Shown: positions 51,086-62,269, counted from the first letter of the stretch. The stretch: DNA of 64,000 bases from Pristiophorus japonicus (GCF_044704955.1 NC_091999.1:50220001-50284000); one strand, 5' to 3'. Numbers and translations: made by a program. Notes: generated by a model not told the origin, from the sequence alone.

Positions 51086-51844
51086 ACGGTTGAATTTCGG
51101 ATGCCGTGGATTTTCCTCTCTGTTTATTAACATCTCTGTGTCCTGAAAATAAATATGTCCATCGTGCTTCTCAGAGTTAAATGCTTCAATTAATAGATCC
51201 GAATCTATAGCTGAGAATATCATAACCGGGATTTCCATCTTTCTGTTTGAAATGTGTGAATTAATCGTGGCCATAATGTAAATATATCTCAGAGTTTCAT
51301 CGTTGTTTGAATATTTCTTGTGGAAATAAGTCACTTCTCTCATTCCTAATTCTCAATTATTCGCTTCCTTTTATGTTGAGCCCTTATTTTCTCTCCCAGA
51401 TGCCTGTTACATTGGTACAGATAGCCGGCAGCTCAGACCACCGTTGTTGTGGTCTCAATGTGCTGTTATATTCAATTTGTGCTACATTTTTGAAAAATCT
51501 CTCGATAAATTGTTCTTTGCGAAATTGTTAATAAATCTGGGTGGCGATTGGACTAAGTTGGACATGTTGTTGAATTCCTTTCTCTGAGGCTCATCCGCAC
51601 CGTTGCATATCCCATTACACTTTGTTTTATTTCCCTGACTGATATTTTTTACACATCCTGTTTGGGTTTTGTTTAAATCCAAGTCCCTTCGGTTAAGGAA
51701 CCACTGCACCACCCAGTGTCCTATCAGAATAAAGACACCTTTATCTCTGCCTTTGTAAGTCAAGCCCCAGAGTGCAATTGACAGCACAGCGACACCGCAG
51801 TCCCTCTAACATCATGGTCTGTCACAGTCATATGCCAGGTTCTA

Positions 51845-53155
51845 TTAAAGAGCAAGGGGGGAGGAAGAAGAATGGAAGAGCTGTCGTGGTTGGGGCTTCA
51901 ATAGTCAGGGAAGCAGACAGTCGGTTCCGCGGCCGCAGCTGTGACTCCAGGATGATATGTTGCCTCACTGGTGCTGGGGTCAAGGATGTCACCGAACGGT
52001 TGCAGGGCTTTCTGGGTGGACGAGGATGAACAGCCAGAGGTCCTGGCCCATATCGGGACAAACGACATGGGTCGTAAGAGGGATGAGGTTCTGCAGGCAG
52101 AATTTAGGGAGCTAGGAGACAGATTAAAAAGCAAGACCTCAAAACTAGTAATCTCCAGATTAATTCAGTTGTCAAGAGCTAGTGAGTACGGAAATAGGAG
52201 AATAGAGCAGGTAGATGTGTGACTGGATAAATGGTACAGGAGGAAGAGCTTTCGAATCCTGAGGCATTGGAACCGCTTCTGGGGGAGGTGTGAACTGTAC
52301 AAGGCGGAACGGGTTTCACCTCAAAAGAGCCGGGACCAATATCCTCGCGGGATGATCGGGTGGGGTTGCGGGGGTTGAGAGGGGTTGCTAGTGCTGTTGA
52401 GGAGTGTTAATATTATCTTGGCTTGGGAATGGGAACAGGAGAATAGATTCTCTTTGAAGGGGAATTAATAATGGAGCGCAGGGAAATGGCAGAACGTTGA
52501 ACAAATAATTTGTACCGGTATTCACGGTAGAAAACACCAAAAACATCCCAACAGTGGATAATCAAGGGGCTATAGGTAGCGACCAACTTAATCCAATCAC
52601 TATCACTAATGAAGTGGTATTAGGTAAAATAATGAGACTAAAGTTGGACAAGTCTCCTGGACCTGATGCATTACATCTTAGGATCTTTAGAGAAGTGGCT
52701 GCAGAGATAGTTGATGTATTTGTTGTAATCTACCAAAATTCCCTGGATTCTGGGGTGGTCCCAGCAGATTCGAAAACCACAAATGTAATGCGACTATTTC
52801 AAAAATCAGGCAGCTACAAATCAGGAAACTAGACCAGTTCGCCAAACATCTGTCATTGTGAAAATGCTGGAGTCCATTATTTAGGAAGCAGTAGTGGGAC
52901 ATTTGGAAAGCAGGATTCAATCAAGAAGAGTCTGCATTGTTTTATGAAAGGGAAATCACGTTTGAAAAATTTGCTGGAGTTCTTTTCAGATGTAACGAGC
53001 AGGGTAGATAAAGCGTAATCATTAGATGTGTTGTATTTTGATTTCCAGAAGGCATTCGATAATGTACCACATAAGTGGTTACTGCACAAGTTAAAAGCTC
53101 ACCTGGTTGTGTAATATATTACCATTGATTGAAGATTGACTAACTAACAGAGCAA
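51845..53155 (+). mobile_element. CR1 fragment with ORF1 SGNH-esterase region joined by deletion to ORF2
   Basis: VVVGASIVR, CCLTGAGVKDV, AHIGTNDMG (ORF1); KSPGPDALH, DFQKAFD (ORF2). Confidence 0.85.
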
Positions 53156-54625
53156 ACCATACAATAGCCAAGAGATCAGGAGAAATGAAAGGTGGAAGGA
53201 ACATAGTTATGATTATACATTCTGGGGAGGTTTTCTTGCCAAGATATGCAGTTACTGTTGAAGAAGCTGGTAATGAACAAGGGAATTGCAGCTGCAAAAA
53301 TCCCCAACCACCTTTAATGCTGGCGTAGCAGGAAGAGCTGCATCTGAGTTTCCTGTGGGCGGCTGGGCATGTGAGCCGCTCTTACGCCCGGATGAAACAT
53401 GCTGCAATAAGCACTGAGACACCGCCTACTTTTCAAATGCATCTGTTTGACGTACAGTCCACCATTTGTTTCTGACAAACAATTGGCCATATATGTTTGA
53501 TGTGCTGTCAGCCGTGTTAGTGTGACGTAGCCATGTTTCTGTGACGTCTCATTACATGAACTAATGTTTCTTTCCAACCATTTAAATAAAACATGACTTA
53601 AATTCCCACAAAGGAAACAATTTTACTTTCTCAATAAAAAGTAGCAAATAGCCGACAGAAATAAAGATACAGGCAGCGACGATTAAAGTGTTTGACAGGT
53701 TTGAGCCACAATGCCCTTCACACTACCCAGATGCTTTGCCGTTTGGCGAGTAGCACATGTGCGAACAGTTCTCCCATGGAGCACCGCGGCCCGGGGACCA
53801 CATTGAGCCTTTTTTGGCCGCTTTGCATTGTGAAAGCTCTGTTATTCACGACTCCTTAAATCATTGAAAGGATCTGAGCTAAAGGAACCAGTGAATGCCA
53901 ATTTATTCACGCCCCCTTAAGGCAATCAGAGCTCTCCGTATGAGCCAATAGCACTTGGTCAGATGTATTTCAGGTTAACCAAAGCATGGAAATTATATTA
54001 TTGAGTCAGAGACCGGAAAGTAAGAATAGTAAATTGTACAACAATCTTTATATTCCCCAGAGTCCCCGAAACATACAACTATTTTCTCTTTCATGTCCTC
54101 CCTCATTCGGTTGAGTGATTGCAAGATCCTGTTTTCAAGTTTGGAAAGTTACAGTTGTCTTTAGGTGAAACTTACAGAAAGTAAGGGCCGGAGCCTTCCA
54201 CGAGCAGAACAACACGATAAATATCCAGCTTTAAAGGAATACACGGGGTGAAATCACCCATAGAGGCAGAATATAGGAACTAGAATCTTTCCTATTAAAT
54301 AAGCGACAAGCTGACCTTGGAGCTCCTGGAGCTGATCTGAACATCCATCCACCAAGTCAAGGGAAAACAGCTGATAAGAATCAGAAAGGACAGTTTAACA
54401 TGTCAGTTCATTCGATGGTGGTCGATTTACAGGTCGATTTTCGGACCGATTGAATAATTCAACTTGTTTTCCCGGCCGCTCCTGGAATCATTTGGGTGAC
54501 AATTGGATCCGAGGTTAATTTGGTATCCTCTCTGTGTGTCTGAGCGCCTGACAGCGCGCTGCACACTGTGGCTGCATCTGCCCGCGATTCCAACAGGCAG
54601 GAGCTGGGCCCAACAGGCCAATGGC

Positions 54626-54664
54626 ATTTTTTGTACGATGGTCAGGCTGCTTTCCATCACTGCG
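54626..54664 (-). promoter_or_regulatory. 23-RSS of the inverted V segment (heptamer mutated)
   Basis: Minus strand CGCAGTG + 23 nt + ACAAAAAAT. Confidence 0.85.
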
Positions 54665-54970
54665 AGTCTTAGGGCGCTGTAATACACGCCAGCGTCAGTA
54701 GGGTGCAGCCCGGAGATGTTTAAGCGGATTAATTTATTCGCGGTCTGGAGCTCTGCAGAGAAACGGGTTTGAGCAAAATCTGCATTATTCTCACCACCGC
54801 TCGAATATTGCCTCAGTGTAAACGTGGGCTGTGTGTCTGGGTGTTACCAGTACCAGAATAAATAATACAAGCTTCATGCAGTTTCATAATACAGCTTAAA
54901 GTGACCATTTCACCCTGTGCCTTAACCCCTGAGGACAGCTGGTGAGTGACAGAGTCTACTTTACTCAGAT
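54665..54970 (-). pseudogene. TRDV: TCR alpha/delta-type V segment (most like V-delta), inverted, pseudogene
   Basis: Acceptor TTGTCCAG|; DLSKVDSVTHQLSSGVKAQGEMVTLSC(fs)YETA*SLYYLFWYW*HPDTQPTFTLRQYSSGGENNADFAQTRFSAELQTANKLIRLNISGLHPTDAGVYYSALR then RSS; possible decayed leader 55170-55224 with GTGGGT donor; alpha vs delta not certain. Confidence 0.9.
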
Positions 54971-55819
54971 CTGGACAACTTGTTCAAACAGGAAAAGGTC
55001 AGACCGGCCTGTAATTACAATTCAGTTTCAACACATATCAGAAAAGATAGAAAAGATGAAATAGGTTTTGTCCACAATTATCTTTCAGAAATGTGCTGAG
55101 TCATCGTGTTGTCACTGCTGCTTTGTAAAAGGGGTTTGTATTTTTGAAGACACCCATTCTAATACCCACCCTCAATAATCGTGTGTCGTGTCTCAGGATG
55201 CTCTCGGTTGTGCTGTGAGACCATCGGTGGTGAGCTGGCAGCCACTGTACGGAAACACTCCGAGCTGGGCTACACTTAGTGTACTTATACGGGAATGGTT
55301 CTGTTTTTAAACACCAGTGCTGGGAATGAAATGCCAACCTGGTTATTGTGACTGAAATTTGCAGGATTATTGATGGCTTTGTTTTATTCCCGGGTCAATT
55401 CATTCTCCAGCGTTCGGTTAGGATACTGGTAACCGTGCATCCAGTGAGCTTTCCCTCACAGGTCAGAGAACTACAATGATTCTGTATTTTAGCGGAGTGA
55501 TGTATAGATCTGTGATATTGGAAGTATGCTATCTGCTGTTACTGGTCAAACAATTCAACAGACATAAAGAATAAACGCCCCCTGTATTTTAAACAGCGTT
55601 TTGAGAACCGCCCTTCTCCCATTTGCATTTAAAATGTTTCTTTTTATTTACTATGGTGAGTAATGACCTGCGTCGCTGTAATGATTAACTTAAAGTTCCA
55701 TGATTTCCAGATTCTAACATTTAAAAGAGAGTGAATAGAGGGAGGAGCGCTTTTCAGCAATTTCCCGTTCGTCTATTTAATGTTCACGGGAGCAGAATGC
55801 GGGGAAATTGTACAAAAGG

Positions 55820-56180
55820 GCAGGGTGAGTGGAGGCCGGGTTCAAACGCAGAGGATGAGTGTTGGGCAGGTATAAATCGCCAGGCTGTGGTGCAGGGCAG
55901 ATTCACGGCCCCCGGAGTGAGGTGTTGGACGGGATCAAACCACCAGACTGAGGTGTTGGGCGTGTTCAGGACGCTAGGGTAGGTGTAAGGTGAACCAATA
56001 GCCTCATGGTGAGGTGTATGGCGTGTTTAGAACCCAGGGTGAGATATAGGGCGATTTCAGTGCCCTAAAGGTGAGGTGTGGAGCCGGTGCAGAGCACCAG
56101 TGTGAGGTGCAGGGCGGGTTCAGAACCCAGGGTGAGATGTGGAGTGGGTTCAGACCCCTCAGGCGAGGTGTGGGCCGGGT
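55820..56180. repeat. G-rich ~30-32 bp tandem repeat
   Basis: Unit GGTGAGGTGTGGGGCGGGTTCAGAACCCAG, about 11 degenerate copies. Confidence 0.8.
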
Positions 56181-57254
56181 TCTTTTTAATAAAAGATCAA
56201 CATCAGCATGGCCGGAAAAACTGTCCTTACAACTTTCACTCATATTAGAAATGGATGTGGCGCAGAAATCAAATAAAATACAGGCGGATTCGATTTATTG
56301 TTCGCCCCGTTAATATCGATCTCTACCATTGGTATAATTTATGGCATCAGAAATCAGATCTCAGTGTGTGTCAATGATTCACATTTTAATGTTGCGTTTT
56401 CGATCTGCCACACTCTTCTAGTCACGTGTTCTGTCCACAGTTTACTAAACAAAGCTATCGTTTGAAATGACTGATGTCTTTTTTTGATGATTGTGCCCGA
56501 TGTACCGACCCAACCCATTGCGGATTTCACACATTAATCTTCAATTCATTCCACAATTTGCACAACTTTTGGAATAAAGCAGAATTGAACACAATGCCCG
56601 GGATCTGATCCACAAAATGTATATTGTGACCTGACAACATCTACAGATATTCTGTGAATTGTTCAGATATCGGGGGAAAGTGTGGGATATTCACTGACCT
56701 GATGCAGTTCCTCCTAATGGGAAGCTGGGTTAGAGCAGTCCTGAAATAATATGCCGAGCAGCAGCAAAGGTTTTACATCGTTTTACTGAAGACAGAGAGA
56801 AGGAAGTTCGTAGCATTATGGATAAAGAGTGGAGACAGGGGAAGAGAAGGTACATGCAGGCACGGAAGTAGCACCGAAAGACAAAGGGTGAATTGTGGCA
56901 CCACAGACATGATTTCTGAAGTTTATTTTGTCATAAATACGAGTTGAAATCACAAACTAATATTAATCCGCCGTTTTACTCTCGCTGCATCGAGATAAAA
57001 CACGAAGGAATTATTTTCAAGTGGCAGGCGTTTGTGTTAATACTTTCCTCTTCAACCATCATTTCAGGAACTGCCTGTTCCACTGTGTCTTGGTGTCTCC
57101 ATTGTAACATTAAATAATAGTAATAGGCATGATCTCAAACAAAATAGCCATCATCGCCACCATTACATATTTAAACAATAATAACATCTGGGTTACAGCA
57201 GTCAAGGGGAGAATGGATTTTCACTGAGAAAGAAATACTTATTAAGAAGTGATA

Positions 57255-58680
57255 GAATAAGAACATAACAACATAAGAAATGGGAACAGGATTAGGCCAT
57301 GCACTCCCTCGAGCCTGCTCCGCCATGCAATAAGATCAATGTTGATCTGATCATGAACTCAGCTCCACTTCCCTGCCTGCTCCCCATAACCCATCATCCC
57401 CTTTATCATTTAAGTAACTCTATTTATGTCTTAAATTTATTTTAAGTCCCAGCATCCACAGTTCCCTGCGGCAGCGAATTCCAAAGATTTACAACACTCT
57501 GAGATAAGAAATGACTCCTCATCTCTGTTTTAAATGCACGGCCCCTTATTCTAAGATCATGCCCTCAAGTTCTACTACATCCCATCAGTAGAAACATCTT
57601 CTCTGCATCCACGTTGCCAAGCCCTCTCATACTCTTATACGTTTCGATAAGATCACCGCTCATACATCTGCATTCCAATGGGTAGAGGCCCAATCTACTC
57701 AACGTTTTCTCAGAAGTCACCCACTCATCCCCGGAATCAACTTAGTGAAGCTTCTCTGAACTGCCTCCAAAGCAAGTATATCCTTTCATAAATATGGAAA
57801 CCAAAACTGCACACAATATGCGGCCTCACCAATACTCTATACAGCTGGAGCAAGACATCCCGGCTTTTAGACTCCATCTCCTTTGCAATAAAGGCCAAGA
57901 TCCATGGGCCTTCCTGATCACTTGCTGTACCTGCATACGATCCTTTTGTTTTTCATGCACCAGCACCTCCTGTTCCCGCTGAACTGTGGCACTTTGCAAT
58001 CTTTCTCCATTTAAATAAGAACTTGCTCATTGATTTGTTCTGCCAAATCTCTTGAGCTCCCACTTTCCAGCATTATACTCCATCTGCCAAATTCTTGCCC
58101 ATTCACTTAGCCTGTCTATGTCCTTTCGCAATTTTTTGTGTCCTCCTCACACATTGCTTTTCCTCTCATCTTTTTATCATCAGCAAAATTGGATACTTTA
58201 CTCTCAGCCCCTTCTTCCTAGTTGTTAATATAGATTGTACATATCTGAGGTCCCAGCACTGATGCATGCGGCGCTGCACTGGTTGCCAACCAGAGAATGA
58301 ACAATTTTTCCCGTCACTCTGTTTTCTCTTAGTTAGCCAATCCTCTATCCATGCTAATATATTACCCCAACCCTTTGAACTATTATCTTGTTCTGTAATC
58401 TTTTATGTCAAATGGCCTCCGGAAATCCAAATATATCACATCCACTGGTCCCCCTTTATCCACCCTGTTCGTTAGATCCTCAAAGAATTCCAGCAAATTT
58501 GTCAAAAATGATTTTGCTTCATAAATCCATGGTGACTCTGCTTGACCGAATTTTGCTTTTCCAAATGTCCTTTTACTGTTTCTTTCAGAATGGACTCCAA
58601 CATTTTCCCAACCACAGATGTTAGGCTAATTGGTCTATAGTTTTCTGCTTTTTGCTGACTCCTTTTATAAACAGGGATTT
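57255..58680 (-). mobile_element. CR1 LINE 3' half, degenerate
   Basis: (CATAAGAA) tail at 57255-57280; minus-strand FADDKK and NYRPISLTS remnants. Confidence 0.85.
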
Positions 58681-58934
58681 TACATAATGATGAGGAGTAG
58701 TGCGAGATGGTTCCACATTACATTCCCTGAGTCTGAAGATATGCGGTCCTGGAAACCCTCTGTCGAATCAGAAATAGGGTACCATGCCCAACTGCCCCGC
58801 TGATCCAACCAATGCGAAACAGGGAACTGCAGCTGCAATCTCTCCAATAACACAGAGCATGCAAGGCGGTTAATGGCTCCCATGAACAGACTAACTATTT
58901 GTACTACGTCGCCCTTCTGCGCATATGCACAGAA

Positions 58935-58955
58935 ATGTGTCTGTGTTTGTGTATA

Positions 58956-58995
<40 letters not shown>

Positions 58996-59090
58996 TGTGT
59001 GTGTGTGTGGCTGAGTGCATGTCTATATGTGTATGGATGTCTGTGTGAGTACGGCTGTCTGTGCATGTGTGTATGTGTATATGTATGTCA
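58935..59090. repeat. (TG)n microsatellite
   Basis: Directly visible. Confidence 0.95.
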
Positions 59091-59506
59091 ATTTGTCCGT
59101 GTTGCCAATGCACTATGCCATAGTTGTATGGTCGGCAGGAGTGAGCTCTCTGATCACTTTGCAAAGATCATGATCTCTATGTACAGTGGTGGCTGTTTAG
59201 AGAGGTAAAACTGGGCGGGAAGAAGAAATCCCAGCCAAGCTGATAAGATCCCCGTCCTATTTGAGTTTTCCATTGCAGGCCCGGTAAAGGCAGTGATGAC
59301 AGTCTCTTTTTCCTGGAGTTTAGACTGGAACAATTGAAGTGAAACTCTGCCTGTCTTTGATTATTGTCCTGTACAGAGGTCTGTGATATTGGAACCATTC
59401 TTTAAGATTCTCCAATTCTCATACAACTTCTCGTTTCCATCTACGGGTGCTTCTTCTCTCTCTGCTTCTCTTTCTTTCCTGCTGTGTGTCTGCTGTTTAT
59501 TTTCAG

Positions 59507-59781
59507 GGATTACTAGCGGAGACTCTGTGTCCCAAGGAGTCTGGTCAGAGTTGGGTGCAGATTCAGCAATAACTTGCAGTTACTCTGTATTAGCTACAAG
59601 CTATGGCCTGTTCTGGTATCTGCAATATCCCCACCAGGCCCCCCAGTATCTGATCAGAATCGATAGTTAAGGCATTTGAACACTTCAGCAGTAATCTCAA
59701 CCGGACACAAAGAACTTTTCACTTATCCATGAAAGGCATTATGATCAGGAACAGTGCCGTGTAGTACTATGTGCGATGACC
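59507..59781 (+). pseudogene. TRAV: TCR alpha/delta-type V segment, pseudogene
   Basis: Long polypyrimidine acceptor TTTTCAG|; GITSGDSVSQGVWSELGADSAITCSYSVLATSYGLFWYLQYPHQAPQYLIRIDS*(fs)EHFSSNLNRTQRTFHLSMKGIMIRNSAV*YYVR*; possible decayed leader ending 59204 (AG|GTAAAA); alpha vs delta not certain. Confidence 0.88.
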
Positions 59782-59820
59782 CACAGTGAATAAGAATCCC
59801 TTGGTCCACATACATAAACA
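59782..59820 (+). promoter_or_regulatory. 23-RSS
   Basis: CACAGTG + 23 nt + ACATAAACA. Confidence 0.9.
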
Positions 59821-60723
59821 TGGCACAGGTCAGCAAGTGTGGGCTCTGGAAAAATACCAGGGATTGAATCCTACAGAGTTTGTTGAGGAAATAAATGTGA
59901 AAGTACAACCTGATCCCAGAGTTTTTCTTCAGTTAAAGTCATTGCTGTCAGTGTTGGGCAACGTAAAATATCGCGAGCATTTTATTGTACCATCAAATCC
60001 AGACATTTCCACTCCAGTATTACACAACCCTGCAGATCTCTCTGATTGCTAACAGGCTCAATCTGTGAAAGTAAAAGTCCTGGGTGATGCAGATCTGCCA
60101 TTTGCGTCTTTCAAAAGCGATCTAATCTCAAAGTCGGCCTCGGGGGCGGGAAAATTCAGAGCTTCTGGGATGCTAATACCACAAGTAGTGACTGATTGAA
60201 ATCAGCTCTTTACTGGTATCGTATCCCGGTTTTACTATTATCGTGTCCTAGTGGCTTTAAGACTGTAACGATTAATGATGCTGATAAATTGGACGATATT
60301 CTAAATACTAGGGCTTGAAATTAATTTGGAATTATTTACTTTTTCACCTTAATTATGGCGAGATCTAGATATCTATTGATAGAGACATTGAGGTCGACCG
60401 AAAGGTATACAAAGCCAGAAAGAGGCAGTCCGATTGACAGAGACACGGTGCAGGAGTGTGAGACAGATAGAAAGACACACAGGCACTGACTGGGAAGGAA
60501 AGAGTTTGGAGGGAGCCAGCAGTAATTGGTCCTCAACTGACAGTGATTCGTAAACAGCTGGCGTTGGATCTGAGAGAACATCCAATCCAAGCCCTGAGAA
60601 ACGCACCTCAGTTTCGAAATAAATGAAGACTGCCGCTGATTTGGGTTTGCTCTTTATTATCAGACCAGAAACGGCAACATATTTAAAACATTCAATTATT
60701 GTACATCGAAATCTAAACCAGAC

Positions 60724-60772
60724 ATTTTGTGTTCCCCATTTTCACTGCAGATAATAATTTCCATGCTGACCG
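60724..60772 (+). pseudogene. Leader exon of the third V segment (start codon lost)
   Basis: ATT TTG TGT... = (M>I)LCSPFSLQIIISMLT+G, phase 1, donor GTGACT, 85-nt intron to the V exon. Confidence 0.6.
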
Positions 60773-60857
60773 GTGACTCCATGTTTAAAGGGTCAGTTTG
60801 TGTTCCATGGGTTATATTTTCTATCAGACTTTTAACACATTCTGCATTTTGTTACAG

Positions 60858-61151
60858 GAAGGAGTGGCAAAGATTCAGTGTCCCAGCATCCGTCTGAAGT
60901 AATGATTCAGGAGGTCAGACCTTAAAACTGAACGGTAATTACTCAGCAACGTACACTGCCCCAATTCTCTTCTGGTATTTCCAATATCCCGGGGAAGATC
61001 CGAGATATTTACTGAACATATACGGCAAGGGGTCTCCTGATTTCCCAGGATGATTTTCTGCTGCTTTGGACCAAGACTAGTAAACAGTTCCTTTAAATAT
61101 ATCCGGGGCTCTTGTCTCTGAATCTGCCGTGCATCACTCTGCGCTGACCCC
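60858..61151 (+). pseudogene. TRAV: TCR alpha-like V segment, pseudogene
   Basis: Acceptor GTTACAG|; GRSGKDSVSQHPSEVMIQE(fs)QTLKLNGNYSATYTAPILFWYFQYPGEDPRYLLNIYGKGSPDFPG*FSAALDQD**TVPLNISGALVSESAVHHSALT; both Cys lost. Confidence 0.9.
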
Positions 61152-61190
61152 CACACTGCTACACGGACGCAGTCAGTCCATACAAAAACA
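61152..61190 (+). promoter_or_regulatory. 23-RSS
   Basis: CACACTG + 23 nt + ACAAAAACA. Confidence 0.9.
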
Positions 61191-61342
61191 AGCAAAGGAA
61201 TTTCACTACCTCTCACTAAATCAGCTCTGAGACCCGGATTGTGATATTACAATAGAAATCAAACAATAACACGAAGACGCTCGATAATATATAGCTGGGT
61301 AGATAACTAACTAGATAGACCGGCAGATATCTAAATACATAC

Positions 61343-61349
61343 TCTCTCT

Positions 61350-61408
<59 letters not shown>

Positions 61409-61410
61409 GC
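61343..61410. repeat. (CT)n microsatellite
   Basis: Directly visible. Confidence 0.95.
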
Positions 61411-61855
61411 TATCTCTTCACTTCCTCTCCCAATGATCCCTTCCTCCTTCTTTGAAATTACCCATCACATGCAGACAAAAGTGTTAATTCATGCTGCGGC
61501 GTCTGCGATGTATTTCACTGCTCAGTAACGGCGTTGTAATGATCAGTTTAGCAGCTGAATGATGAAATAATTGGACACTAGCGCTGTTCCAATCATCACC
61601 CGAGTTCCAGACTGCAATTACTCCAACAGGTTGCCAAGGTCGCAAAGTGCATAAAAAAGCTAACTCTGATTATTACTTTAAATGAAGCCGCGGAAGTAGA
61701 ACCTGAGGACGCAAGTTCAAACTATGAAAGGTCAGCTTAGGACTGATGCAGAAAATTCTTCAGACACAATATGATTTACCTAGTTTCTCTTTTCTTCTTT
61801 CTTCCCCTCCCCCTTTCAGTGCTCCATAAGAATCTTTTCATTCGGAACATTCGCC

Positions 61856-61892
61856 AGTTCTGATGAAGGTTCAGCTACCTGAAAGGTCAACT
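61856..61892 (+). ncRNA. Minimal type I hammerhead ribozyme motif in a Penelope-like repeat end (repeat extends to ~61990)
   Basis: AGTT CTGATGA AGGT-TCAGCT-ACCT GAAA GG TC AACT: stem I AGTT/AACT, stem II AGGT/ACCT, both core boxes intact. Confidence 0.6.
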
Positions 61893-62269
61893 CTGTTTCT
61901 CTCTCCACAGATGCTGCCTGGCCCTCTGAGATTTCAGCATTTTATTTTTTATGTCAGATTCTATCATCCGCAGTATTTTGCTTTTGTATTATGATTTACC
62001 TCTTGGTGTTCGCACCATCGCATACTGCTCAAACCTGCCAGTGACTCTCCATTTTATTGATGTTACAGGAGTTCTTTTAATTTACCACATCATTGTGTTC
62101 AAATCCTTCATGGCTCGCTTCCCGTCTACATCCCCCTTTTATCGGCTATGCTTAGTGGTAATGGTCAGCAAGCAGCTCCTTTAATGGGAAGCTCCCTCAC
62201 AGCTGCCAGAACAACATTAATTGTTTCCTTCACTGCTCTCCTTTTCAAATTGACACTGTTAAAGAGGTA

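Noticed and set aside
54535-54570. Perfect heptamer CACTGTG near the inverted V, as a possible D-segment RSS of a NARTCR-type cassette
   Set aside because: No acceptable nonamer at 12 or 23 nt and no partner RSS
55621-55628. Octamer ATTTGCAT upstream of the inverted V
   Set aside because: The same 8-mer occurs in unrelated places (11526, 41351); consistent with chance
55820-56180. Immunoglobulin switch region
   Set aside because: Short, not AGCT-rich, downstream of the C exons, and sharks lack conventional switch regions
61675-61740. TLNEAAEVEPEDASSNY, reminiscent of V framework 3
   Set aside because: No Cys/Trp framework, no YYC and no RSS
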